43,672 nucleotides of DNA from an uncultured Spirochaetaceae bacterium (GCA_902803415.1 CADCQA010000165.1:1-43672), one strand, 5' to 3'. Shown: positions 17,248 through 25,552, numbered from the stretch's first letter. Made by a program: numbers and translations. The notes: generated by a model from the sequence alone, not told the origin.

Positions 17248-18561
17248 TTATGCGCTCACTGCATCCATAATAATCTTGAAGAGGAAGACCGCAGCAAGCA
17301 CCCAGGTAACTGCCGGGATATCCTTTGCCTTTTTACCGGCCACCTTGCAGATAACGTAGGCAATGATGCCCCAGGAAATACCGTTTGCAATGCTGTAGCT
17401 GAACGGCATAACCATGATGGTCACGAATGCCGGAATTCCTTCCGTAATGTCAGAGAAATCAATGGAAGAAACAGAGTTAATCATCAGGAAGCCGACAAAA
17501 ATGAGTGCCGGAGCCGTTGCAGCACCAGGAATAAGTGCAAACAGCGGAGACAGGAAGAGCGCAAGCAGGAACAGCAGCGCCGTGACGACTGAGGACAGAC
17601 CGGTGCGTCCGCCAGCAGCAACGCCGGAGGTGCTTTCCACGTAGCTGGTAACCGTCGAGGTGCCAAGGCATGCCCCGGCAACAGTACCCACTGCATCAGC
17701 AAAGAGCGCACCCTTGATGTTGGGAATGTTGCCCTTCTTGTCCACAAGGTTCGCCTGCTCGGCAACTCCCATCAGCGTACCGATGGTATCGAACATATCA
17801 ACAAAGAGGAATGTGAAGAACACAAGGAAGAACTGCCCCGTAAAGATAGAGCTGAAATCGAACTTGAAAAACAGCGGAGCTTCAGGCAGCGAGACCGGAC
17901 CGCCCCAGCCTTCCGGCACGGAGGTCACGCCAAAGGGAATGCCGATGATCGTGGTCGCAATGATGCCGATAAGAATTGAACCGGGCACCTTCATCACATA
18001 GAGCACCACGGTGATAATCAGTCCCAGCGCAGCAACAAGGGCAATCTTGTTGTCAAAGTTCACAAAGCCCATGATTGGCATGCCGCCGTCGCTCTTTGCA
18101 AGGATGCCGCCGTCAGCAAGGCCAATCATTGCAATGAAGAGTCCGATACCAACCGCAACAGCCTTCTTCAGGTGTGCAGGAATGGAATTGATGATTGCTT
18201 CGCGCACGCCCACCGCAGACAGGATGATGAAGAGCAGGCCTTCAAAAAGAACTGCTGTCAGGGCTGTTTGGAAGGAAACTCCCATGCCAAGGACAACGGT
18301 GAACGCAAAGAATGCGTTCAGGCCCATGCCGGGTGCCAGCGCAACAGGCAGGTTTGCTGCAAGTGCCATAACGAGCGTTGCAATCGCTGATGATAATGCC
18401 GTAGCGGTGAATACCGCGCCGAACGACATTCCGCCGCACGCAGAAAGCATCCCCGGGTTCACCGCAAGGATGTAGGACATCGCAAGGAAGGTCGTAAGAC
18501 CGGCCACAATTTCCCGGTTCATCGTAGAACCGCGTTCTTTTACCTTAAAGAACTTTTCCAT
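17248..18561 (-). CDS. NCS2/AzgA-type purine permease (PbuG/PbuO-like)
   Basis: EIVAGLTTFLAMSYILAVNP, APGMGLNAFF, DMFDTIGTL, TSYVESTSGVAAGGRTGL and PFSYSIANG; about 12 TM segments; GGAGG SD. Confidence 0.94.
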   Translation of the reverse strand: MEKFFKVKERGSTMNREIVAGLTTFLAMSYILAVNPGMLSACGGMSFGAVFTATALSSAIATLVMALAANLPVALAPGMGLNAFFAFTVVLGMGVSFQTALTAVLFEGLLFIILSAVGVREAIINSIPAHLKKAVAVGIGLFIAMIGLADGGILAKSDGGMPIMGFVNFDNKIALVAALGLIITVVLYVMKVPGSILIGIIATTIIGIPFGVTSVPEGWGGPVSLPEAPLFFKFDFSSIFTGQFFLVFFTFLFVDMFDTIGTLMGVAEQANLVDKKGNIPNIKGALFADAVGTVAGACLGTSTVTSYVESTSGVAAGGRTGLSSVVTALLFLLALFLSPLFALIPGAATAPALIFVGFLMINSVSSIDFSDITEGIPAFVTIMVMPFSYSIANGISWGIIAYVICKVAGKKAKDIPAVTWVLAAVFLFKIIMDAVSA

Positions 18562-18598
18562 AGGTTTTCAGTATCCTCCTAAGATAGACTGTGTATGC

Positions 18599-18627
18599 AT
18601 TGTAGCACCAATAGCTTTTTTATACAA
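18599..18627 (-). promoter_or_regulatory. Sigma70-type promoter of the permease
   Basis: TTGTAT-17-TACAAT with an extended TG on the minus strand. Confidence 0.65.
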
Positions 18628-18643
18628 TTTCTACAGCACCATA

Positions 18644-18672
18644 TTGACAAAAAAAGAATATGGCGATATAGT
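18644..18672 (+). promoter_or_regulatory. Sigma70-type promoter of tRNA-Gly
   Basis: TTGACA-17-TATAGT, ending 11 nt before the tRNA. Confidence 0.8.
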
Positions 18673-18683
18673 AATTTCACCGT

Positions 18684-18756
18684 GCGGCAGTCGTATAACG
18701 GCTCATTACCCCAGCCTTCCAAGCTGGAGACGAGGGTTCGACTCCCTTCTGCCGCT
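18684..18756 (+). tRNA. tRNA-Gly(TCC)
   Basis: GCGGCAG..CTGCCGC acceptor stem with discriminator T, anticodon arm CCAGC-CTTCCAA-GCTGG, T arm GAGGG-TTCGACT-CCCTT. CCA not encoded. Confidence 0.95.
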
Positions 18757-18757
18757 T

Positions 18758-18790
18758 AAAAAGCTTCCCTTTGAAGGGAAGCTTTTTTTT
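18758..18790. terminator. Bidirectional terminator (tRNA-Gly / rnc)
   Basis: AAAAAGCTTCCCT-TTGA-AGGGAAGCTTTTTTT. Confidence 0.88.
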
Positions 18791-19541
18791 ATGCACGTTC
18801 CAGCCCCAGCGCTTCACAAGCCATGCGTGCAGCCTCCTGCTCCGCATTCTTCTTGTTCTTGCCTTCAGCCGGTCCATAGGTCATGCTGCCCAGATGTACG
18901 GACATGACAAACGTCTTGTCGTGGTCAGGACCGCTGACCCGCACCAGCTCGTAAGTGGGACACATCTTGTGCTTCTGCTGGTAATATTCCTGCAGGACGG
19001 TCTTATAGTCACGGTTGCCCTTGTCCAGCTGCACTTTACGGATTTCCGGCACAATCAGCCGGAGCACAAGCTTTTCTGCGGCAGCATAGCCGGAATCAAG
19101 GTAGAGCGCACCGATGACCGCTTCCACGGCATCCGCAAGGATTGCTTTTTTCTCCCGCCCGCCGGTCTGCTCCTCACCCTTGCCCATCACAAGGTAGCGG
19201 TCAATGTGCATGATGTCCTTTGCAATGGGAGCCAGCACCTGCTCGCTTACAACATTCGCCTTTATGCGGGCAAGGTCTCCCTCCGGGTTATCCATCATGT
19301 CTTCATAGAGGAAGGCGGCGGTCGCAAGCCCCAGCACGCTGTCGCCCAAAAACTCCAGGCGCTCGTTGTTGTAGCGCTTGTGCTCCTTGTTTTCGTTGGA
19401 AAAAGACCGGTGATGGAAGGCAAGGTCAAGTATATTCAGGTTCTTGAAGTGCAGGTTCAGGTTCCTGCAAAATACTTCCAGATCCTTCTTCCGCTCCGGA
19501 TTCATTTTTTTTGACTCGTAGAAAAGATCCCTCAGGTTCAT
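18789..19541 (-). CDS. rnc: Ribonuclease III
   Basis: Signature NERLEFLGDSVL, ADAVEAVIGALYLDSG and dsRBD DYKTVLQEY..GKNKKNAEQEAA. Start set at ATG 19541 after AAGGA. Confidence 0.96.
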   Translation of the reverse strand: MNLRDLFYESKKMNPERKKDLEVFCRNLNLHFKNLNILDLAFHHRSFSNENKEHKRYNNERLEFLGDSVLGLATAAFLYEDMMDNPEGDLARIKANVVSEQVLAPIAKDIMHIDRYLVMGKGEEQTGGREKKAILADAVEAVIGALYLDSGYAAAEKLVLRLIVPEIRKVQLDKGNRDYKTVLQEYYQQKHKMCPTYELVRVSGPDHDKTFVMSVHLGSMTYGPAEGKNKKNAEQEAARMACEALGLERA

Positions 19542-19657
19542 TGCGCTATCCTTGAAGTTGCCGGGAACAGCATACATGACAATTCCCGGTACTTTAAAAT
19601 GGAAAAGGCACAGCAATAAGCCGTGCCTTCCTTGTCTTTGAATCAAAAATTCACTGA

Positions 19658-19900
19658 TTAAGCCTTTGCAGCCTTGATGAAATCGTAGGCATCCTTCACA
19701 GTTTCAAACTCGTTGGCCTTTTCATCAGGAATCTGCACGCCGGTTTCTTCCTCGATAGCATAGACAAGCTCGTATGTATCAAGGCTGTCAGCGCCCAAGT
19801 CGCCGCGGAATGATGACTCAAGCTTAACCTTATCCGGGTCAATCTCAAGCTTCTCAGCAATCAGCGTCTTCATCTTTGCAAACAGTTCGTCTTCTGCCAT
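19658..19900 (-). CDS. acpP: Acyl carrier protein
   Basis: DLGADSLD phosphopantetheine site; acidic 80-aa protein. Confidence 0.97.
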   Translation of the reverse strand: MAEDELFAKMKTLIAEKLEIDPDKVKLESSFRGDLGADSLDTYELVYAIEEETGVQIPDEKANEFETVKDAYDFIKAAKA

Positions 19901-19915
19901 TGTAATGCTCCTCGT

Positions 19916-20104
19916 TTAGCCGTTCACTTCAGGCGTAATCACCTGACGTCCTTTATAGAAACCACATTTCGGACACACATGATGCTGCATAATAAGGTTT
20001 CCGCAGTTGCTGCACGCAACAAGATTCGGAGTGTCAAGGTGCATATTTACGCCGCGTCTTCTCTTTGTCACGGCTTTTGATGTTTTCGATCTAGGTACTG
20101 CCAT
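19916..20104 (-). CDS. rpmF: 50S ribosomal protein L32 (Zn-ribbon type)
   Basis: MAVPRSKTSK..RR, CSNC..HHVCPKCGFYKG. Confidence 0.97.
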   Translation of the reverse strand: MAVPRSKTSKAVTKRRRGVNMHLDTPNLVACSNCGNLIMQHHVCPKCGFYKGRQVITPEVNG

Positions 20105-20153
20105 AATATATAACCTCGCTATAAAATTTTAGTCATCTGTATAACGCTCCGTA

Positions 20154-20248
20154 TATTACTACAGATTCCTATTTCTTGTCAAGAATTATACCGTCAAATC
20201 TTTTCATTTGTCAATATTTTTTCTCGACAAAATTAAAAAAAATGTCAA
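20154..20248 (-). promoter_or_regulatory. Tandem sigma70 promoters of rpmF-acpP-rnc
   Basis: Minus strand TTGACA(20214-20209)-18-TATAAT(20190-20185), and a second TTGACA(20182-20177)-18-TAATAT. The upstream region is AT-rich. Confidence 0.65.
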
Positions 20249-20316
20249 AAGCCGCAATATACGGCCTGTCCGGCAGCGAAGCATGCATGTTTCAGGAGCT
20301 TTTCCCTGCATCCCGC

Positions 20317-20820
20317 TCAGTCAGGCTGCCCGCCCCGGAGCCTGCCGCGGTATTTTTCCCGCATTGCCTGTTCCACAACCGGCGGCACCATCCCGCTGAT
20401 ATCCCCTCCAAAGCGGGCGAGTTCCTTGATGCTGCTGGAGCGTATAAGGAAATAGCGCTGCTCCGTGGGCACAAAGAGCGTTTCCACATCATTGTTGAGC
20501 GAACGGTTTATAAGAGACAAGTCGAATTCATAGGAGAAATCATTGACATTGCGTATTCCCCTGATAAGCACCTTTGCTCCCACTTTCTTGCAATAATCAA
20601 CGATGAGGGTGCTGCATGCATGCACGCTGACATTCCCGTACGGCTCCGTCAGCTGGCGTATCATGGAAAGCCGTTCCTCCTCGGAAAAAAGGTAATGCTT
20701 GTCGGGATTGATGGAAATGACAACATCGATGGCATCAAAAAGCCTGCTCGCCCGCTCGATAATATTGATGTGCCCGTAGGTAGGCGGGTCGAAGGACCCC
20801 GGGAAAACAGCAGTAGTCAT
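20317..20820 (-). CDS. coaD: Phosphopantetheine adenylyltransferase
   Basis: FPGSFDPPTYGH, IRGIRNVNDFSYE, ETLF and SSSIKE motifs. Confidence 0.96.
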   Translation of the reverse strand: MTTAVFPGSFDPPTYGHINIIERASRLFDAIDVVISINPDKHYLFSEEERLSMIRQLTEPYGNVSVHACSTLIVDYCKKVGAKVLIRGIRNVNDFSYEFDLSLINRSLNNDVETLFVPTEQRYFLIRSSSIKELARFGGDISGMVPPVVEQAMREKYRGRLRGGQPD

Positions 20821-20920
20821 GGAAATCTCCTGAATTTATTCTTGCAGCCCCGGCGCTTTCCGTCGCCGGGCAAAGCGGCAGATGCAGTCTCAAAAGCCGT
20901 CCGGCTTCTGAAGCTGCCAC

Positions 20921-20949
20921 AGTATAGCACAAAATGCATCCCTGTCCAA
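20921..20949 (-). promoter_or_regulatory. Sigma70-type promoter of coaD
   Basis: TTGGAC-17-TATACT with an extended TG on the minus strand, implying a leader of about 95 nt. Confidence 0.55.
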
Positions 20950-21093
20950 GGGTTTCGGCAAAGATTTAAGCCTGTTTTTACATTTTCAGTTAAACAGCAG
21001 GAATTCCTGCCGGTATCGGGCAGCGGCTTGCCGCCCGTTTTCGCCGGGAGCATAATTTGCATCCTGCAGTCCCCGAAGGATTCAGAAAAGCAT

Positions 21094-21122
21094 TTGACCA
21101 AACGGCATTTAAATATTACTAT
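21094..21122 (+). promoter_or_regulatory. Sigma70-type promoter of the lipoprotein gene (leaderless geometry)
   Basis: TTGACC-17-TACTAT, then 7 nt, then ATG. Confidence 0.6.
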
Positions 21123-21129
21123 ATAATGT

Positions 21130-21948
21130 ATGAGTAAGCGTAATATAGTAAAATGCATGGTCGCCGCCGGAGCATCGCTTTTTGTTTCCGGCTGTGTCTC
21201 GACCTGTGCAAGTACAGATACCCCTCTCCCCAAAGAACCGGAACAGGCACAGACGCAGGTTCAGCCTTCGCCCGTGCAGCCGGAACCGGTAAAACAGGAA
21301 CCTGTCCAGCAGGCAAAGCAGGAACCGGCAAAAAAGGAAAGCCCAGCCCCTGCAAAGACAGAGCCGAAGGAAGAAGCAAAGCCGAAAGCCGAACCTGTAG
21401 TCTGGAAAGACCCGGCTCCGGAACCCAAGAAAGAGGAACCGAAGAAGGAAGAGGTAGCAAAGGCCGAACCCAAGAAAGAAGAGCCTAAAAAGGAAGTCCA
21501 GCACAGCGAGGAGTACAACCGCTCGGTTCAGCAGATGCAGGGCGGTGCAAACATCAGCGAGGAAACATTCAACGAAGACAAGAGGGAAGTCCTTGCCATC
21601 ATTGAAAGTCTCGATGAAGTGATGCAGAAAAACGACTACAAGACCTGGCTCACCTACCTTGACGACGAAAGCATCAAGTACTGGTCCCAGCGCGCAAACC
21701 TCCAGAAGGTCTCAAAACGTCTCCCCATCAAGGGCGTGCAGATCAACACGACCGAGGATTACTTCAAATACATATTCATTCCCTCCCGCAGCGGGCACAA
21801 GGTGGATGAAATCCGCTACCTGACGGAAACTTCCGTCAAGGCGGTACAGGTAAAGAAGGACGAAGACGGAAAGATTCTGGGAGATACCGTGTATTACAAT
21901 CTCCGCAAGATCAACGGACAGTGGAAGCTGCACCTGCCTACGCTGTAA
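21130..21948 (+). CDS. Lipoprotein with Pro/Glu/Lys-rich tether and conserved C-terminal globular domain
   Basis: Basic N-terminus and lipobox-like LFVSG-C. About 95 aa of QPEP/EPKKE repeats, then a globular domain ending YYNLRKINGQWKL. Confidence 0.85.
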   Translation: MSKRNIVKCMVAAGASLFVSGCVSTCASTDTPLPKEPEQAQTQVQPSPVQPEPVKQEPVQQAKQEPAKKESPAPAKTEPKEEAKPKAEPVVWKDPAPEPKKEEPKKEEVAKAEPKKEEPKKEVQHSEEYNRSVQQMQGGANISEETFNEDKREVLAIIESLDEVMQKNDYKTWLTYLDDESIKYWSQRANLQKVSKRLPIKGVQINTTEDYFKYIFIPSRSGHKVDEIRYLTETSVKAVQVKKDEDGKILGDTVYYNLRKINGQWKLHLPTL

Positions 21949-21996
21949 CCAGCAGGGCAATTTTTTGTTAAGTATACAGATTCTAAGAAAACTTAA

Positions 21997-22025
21997 TTGA
22001 TTTTTTATTAAGTATGATGTAGAAT
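21997..22025 (+). promoter_or_regulatory. Sigma70-type promoter of the HEAT-repeat gene
   Basis: TTGATT-17-TAGAAT, with an AGGAGG SD downstream. Confidence 0.65.
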
Positions 22026-22053
22026 CAATTATATCTATCAGGAGGAACTGACC

Positions 22054-22734
22054 ATGAAATTATTGAAACCTATCGCATACGGCGCTTGCTGTCTCTTGCT
22101 GTGCAGTGGGCTTTTTGCTCAGACGGAAACATCCGTCGAAGATGATTACCTGACAAGCGTGCAGGACGTCATCATCACGGAGCTTGCAAATTCACAGGAA
22201 TATGACAACAAGCTCGTTGCTCTCCAGTATCTTGAAGACGCAGTGAAGGGAGGTAAGGCTTCCGCAGAACAGCGCCATGCCCTGCAGAGCCTCGCAGGTG
22301 AAGGCGTTACGACCAAGATCCGCACGAACGGCCGCCTTATGAACAACTATCCGGACATCCGTGCAAAGGCATGCGACCTGCTGGCAAGCATTCCTTCCGA
22401 AGAATCAAAGTCAACGCTGCTTACCATTGCCAACGAAGACAATGAACCGATGGTTGTCAGCGCTGCAATCCGTTCACTCGGTTCAATCGGCATCAACAAG
22501 AATGACGAGGTTGTGAACACCATCGAATTCATCCAGCACAAGTATGCAGCCCTGAACCCGACAAGCTCTCTTGCCTATGACATCCTTGATGCCTATGAGA
22601 AGCTTGCTCCGACCGTGCAGGACAAGAATGCAATGATTCAGTCCATCTCAGAGATTGCAACGAACTACCGCTTTGCAACCCCTGTCCGCCTGAAGGCACT
22701 CGGACTGCTCAAAGAGCTGCAGGCTGCAAAATAA
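22054..22734 (+). CDS. Exported HEAT-repeat protein
   Basis: Signal peptide ending GLFA; HEAT-like YPDIRAKACDLLA and EPMVVSAAIRSLGSIG; strong SD. Confidence 0.85.
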   Translation: MKLLKPIAYGACCLLLCSGLFAQTETSVEDDYLTSVQDVIITELANSQEYDNKLVALQYLEDAVKGGKASAEQRHALQSLAGEGVTTKIRTNGRLMNNYPDIRAKACDLLASIPSEESKSTLLTIANEDNEPMVVSAAIRSLGSIGINKNDEVVNTIEFIQHKYAALNPTSSLAYDILDAYEKLAPTVQDKNAMIQSISEIATNYRFATPVRLKALGLLKELQAAK

Positions 22735-22751
22735 GCCCGGGAAAACCCAAT

Positions 22752-22784
22752 AAAAAAAGCTGCTTGTAAAAAGCAGCTTTTTTT
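22752..22784. terminator. Bidirectional terminator (HEAT gene / tRNA-Arg)
   Basis: AAAAAAAGCTGCTT-GTAAA-AAGCAGCTTTTTTT. Confidence 0.88.
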
Positions 22785-22805
22785 ATGCACATTAACTAAT
22801 TACTA

Positions 22806-22879
22806 TGGGAGATATGAGGTTCGAACCCACAACCTTCGGCTCCGGAGGCCGACACTCTATCCAGTTGAGCTAATCTCCC
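22806..22879 (-). tRNA. tRNA-Arg(CCG)
   Basis: Reverse complement GGGAGATTAGCTCAACTGGATAGAGTGTCGGCCTCCGGAGCCGAAGGTTGTGGGTTCGAACCTCATATCTCCCA; anticodon arm TCGGC-CTCCGGA-GCCGA. Confidence 0.95.
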
Positions 22880-22892
22880 AGACAATGACCAA

Positions 22893-22921
22893 AGCATATA
22901 TTTTTGCTCTCAAATTGTCAA
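22893..22921 (-). promoter_or_regulatory. Sigma70-type promoter of tRNA-Arg
   Basis: TTGACA-17-TATGCT on the minus strand. Confidence 0.75.
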
Positions 22922-22981
22922 CCTGCTACCGATAAAAAAAGAGAAATATATGAAAAAAAGAAACTACATGGAGCGTCTATC

Positions 22982-23572
22982 ATGGATCCGATAATCCTTG
23001 CATCGTCATCCCCGCGAAGGCAGGAAATCCTGCAGCGGCTGAACATCCCTTTTATCGTGCATCCATCTAATATAGAAGAAACAGTTCCCCCCACCCTGTC
23101 TCCCAAGGAAATCCCCGAACATCTTGCCTGCTGCAAGGTAAATGCCGTTGTCCGGCAGCTGGGGCTCACGCAGGAAATTGGCTGGGTGCTGGGAGCGGAC
23201 ACCGTCATCTGCAGCGGCGGAAAAATCTACGGCAAACCCAAAAACCGGGAAGAAGCCTTCGCTATGCTCAAGAAGTTCCAGGGGCACACCCATGAGGTTA
23301 TCACCGGGCTTGTGCTCTACAACGGGAATATTCACGATATCACCACCCGGACGAATGTAAACAAAGTCACTTTCAACACGATGAGCGACGAGGAAATAGC
23401 ATGGTACATTTCCACGGGCGAATGGCATGATGCTGCCGGAAGCTACCGCATCCAGGGCTTTGCGTCATGTTTTATAAAAAAGATAAGCGGCTCTGAAAGC
23501 GGCGTCATGGGCTTGCCAATCTTTGAACTTTATGATATGCTCAGGGAACAAGGTTATCGTATTCTGCGATAG
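22982..23572 (+). CDS. maf: Maf family nucleoside-triphosphate pyrophosphatase (YhdE-type)
   Basis: [34 protein letters not shown] and VMGLP. Start set at ATG 22982 after GGAG. Confidence 0.93.
   Translation: MDPIILASSSPRRQEILQRLNIPFIVHPSNIEETVPPTLSPKEIPEHLACCKVNAVVRQLGLTQEIGWVLGADTVICSGGKIYGKPKNREEAFAMLKKFQGHTHEVITGLVLYNGNIHDITTRTNVNKVTFNTMSDEEIAWYISTGEWHDAAGSYRIQGFASCFIKKISGSESGVMGLPIFELYDMLREQGYRILR
23513..23541 (+). promoter_or_regulatory. Putative rpsB promoter inside the 3' end of maf
   Basis: TTGCCA-17-TATGCT with an extended TG. Confidence 0.55.
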
Positions 23573-23700
23573 TTTTGTCCTCTGTCGTCCGGGCGGTTCG
23601 TCATGGGCGGCGGGCGGAATCTTCCGGGCCGGGTATTATCCGGCTGCGAGAAACAAGGTCAGGTGGAAAAACGTCAGTTTTTCCGGTGAAGGAGTTAATC

Positions 23701-24570
23701 ATGGCAGTAGTAACCATGAAGAGTCTGCTTGAGTCCGGCGTTCATTTCGGACATCAGGTAAAGCGTTGGGATCCGCGCATGAAGAAGTATATCTTCGCAG
23801 AGCGCAACGGAATTCATATTATCGATCTGCAGAAGACCATTGCAGCAATCAAGGACAGCTACGACGAGATCCGCAAGGTTGCGGCAGCCGGCAAGTCAGT
23901 TCTTTTTGTCGGTACAAAGAAGCAGGCCCAGCAGGCTATCCAGAAGGAAGCCGAGCGCTGCGGACAGTTCTATGTGAACAACCGCTGGCTGGGTGGTACA
24001 CTCACCAATTTTGCAACCATCAAGAAATCACTGCTCCGCCTCAAGAAAATCGAAAAGATGGAAGTGGACGGAACATTTGCAAACCTTACCAAGAAAGAAG
24101 TTTCTCAGCTTGTAAAGGAAAAGGAAAAGCTCACCAAGAATTACGGCGGTATCAAAGAAATGAAGGAGCTGCCGGGTGCAGTTTTCATCATTGATACGCA
24201 CAAGGAGCAGATTGCTGTTACCGAGGCACGCAGAATGCACATTCCGATCGTGGCAATCGTTGACACCAACTGCAACCCTGAAGGTATTGATTATCCGATT
24301 CCCGGTAATGACGATGCCATCCGTGCAATCAGCCTGTTTACATCAATCATCGCAAATGCTGTCATCGAGGCAGATAACGAGCAGGGACTCAAGATCATCG
24401 AGACCCTCAATGATGATGACGATGTGACCACCGACGCTTCAACCAGAAAGGAAGACGAGGAAATCGTTGACTACTCAAACTACACCCCCACCGAAACAAA
24501 GGAGGAGGATGCAGAGGCTGACAAGCGCGACGAACAGGACTTGGTCGACGAGGACAAGCTCTACAAATAA
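23701..24570 (+). CDS. rpsB: 30S ribosomal protein S2 (acidic C-terminal extension)
   Basis: [37 protein letters not shown] and [16 protein letters not shown]. Start at ATG 23701 after AAGGAG. Confidence 0.98.
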   Translation: MAVVTMKSLLESGVHFGHQVKRWDPRMKKYIFAERNGIHIIDLQKTIAAIKDSYDEIRKVAAAGKSVLFVGTKKQAQQAIQKEAERCGQFYVNNRWLGGTLTNFATIKKSLLRLKKIEKMEVDGTFANLTKKEVSQLVKEKEKLTKNYGGIKEMKELPGAVFIIDTHKEQIAVTEARRMHIPIVAIVDTNCNPEGIDYPIPGNDDAIRAISLFTSIIANAVIEADNEQGLKIIETLNDDDDVTTDASTRKEDEEIVDYSNYTPTETKEEDAEADKRDEQDLVDEDKLYK

Positions 24571-24718
24571 AAGAAACAAGAGCAGTCCGGAAGCTATTGG
24601 TTTCCGGGCTGCAAGCTTACATACGATATCTGCATTTTTGTAAGGCAAAAGCCTGAAAAATGCACACCTGAAGAGAACATTTTGTTCCCGAACGGGTTCA
24701 TTGATTTTGGAGACATAC

Positions 24719-25552
24719 ATGGCTATCACAGCTGCTCAGGTAAAAGACCTGCGCGAAAAAACCGGCGCAGGCATGATGGATTGTAAGAAAGCGCTCACCG
24801 AGACAAACGGTGATTTTGATGCCGCAGAGAAGCTCCTGAAGGAAAAGGGACTTGCTGCCGTGGCAAAGCGCGCTGAACGTGCAACAAAAGAAGGACGCAT
24901 TTTCATCCGCCAGGATGCTAACAAGGTTGTTGTTGTGGAACTCGTCTGCGAGACGGATTTCGTTGCAAAGAACCAGGAATTCATCTCTTGCGGTGAGAAG
25001 ATTATGGACGAAATCTTCGCAAAGGGCTATACAAAGGTCGAGAAGGAACTTTCCGATGTTCTGCTTGACTTTGCCACCCGCACCCGCGAGAATATGTCCC
25101 TGAACAAGGTTCAGGTCATCGAGATTCCCGCAGGCGCTGTTGCAGGTACCTACATCCACTCAGACTTCAAGACTGCAGCCGTCACCATCGTGAAGGGTTC
25201 AGCAGATGAAAAGGTAAAGGAATTTGCACGCGACTGCTGCATGCACCTCGCTGCATTCACCCCTGCTTACATCAAGCAGACGGATGTTCCGCAGAGCTAC
25301 ATTGACGAGCAGAAGGACATCTTCAAGGCACAGATGGAAAATGACGAGAAAATCAAGTCAAAGCCGGATGCTGCAAAGGAGAAAATTCTGGAAGGAAAAA
25401 TCAAGAAGCATCTTGCAGAAGTCTGTTTCGTAGACCAGATGTTCGTAAAGGATGACAAGAAATCTGTTTCCGCAAAGCTTGACGAAATCGGCAAGGCTGT
25501 GGGAGCAACGCTTGAGTTTGGCGATGTCCAGCTCTTGCTCTTGGGCAAATAA
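24719..25552 (+). CDS. tsf: Elongation factor Ts
   Basis: VKDLREKTGAGMMDCKKAL, ETDFVAKN and MHLAA. Start at ATG 24719 after GGAG. Confidence 0.98.
   Translation: MAITAAQVKDLREKTGAGMMDCKKALTETNGDFDAAEKLLKEKGLAAVAKRAERATKEGRIFIRQDANKVVVVELVCETDFVAKNQEFISCGEKIMDEIFAKGYTKVEKELSDVLLDFATRTRENMSLNKVQVIEIPAGAVAGTYIHSDFKTAAVTIVKGSADEKVKEFARDCCMHLAAFTPAYIKQTDVPQSYIDEQKDIFKAQMENDEKIKSKPDAAKEKILEGKIKKHLAEVCFVDQMFVKDDKKSVSAKLDEIGKAVGATLEFGDVQLLLLGK

Noticed and set aside
18562-18600. Possible purine riboswitch upstream of the NCS2 permease
   Set aside because: The predicted leader is only about 30 nt and shows no purine-aptamer core.
20817-21233. 138-aa minus-strand ORF upstream of coaD (also 20176-21126 on +)
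   Set aside because: It overlaps promoters and the lipoprotein or coaD genes and has no motifs. It is not an rsmD remnant as far as I can see.
5481-22879. tRNA genes as integration sites for an island or prophage
   Set aside because: I saw no integrase and no duplicated tRNA 3' end, and core genes flank tRNA-Gly and tRNA-Arg. Only the small direct repeat around the HD gene was kept as a finding.
23655-23685. GGTCAGGTGGAAAAACGTCAG resembles the SRP (4.5S) RNA domain IV
   Set aside because: It lacks the conserved AGCAG strand and GNRA-capped stem, and there is no long enclosing helix. A hairpin of the rpsB leader explains it better.
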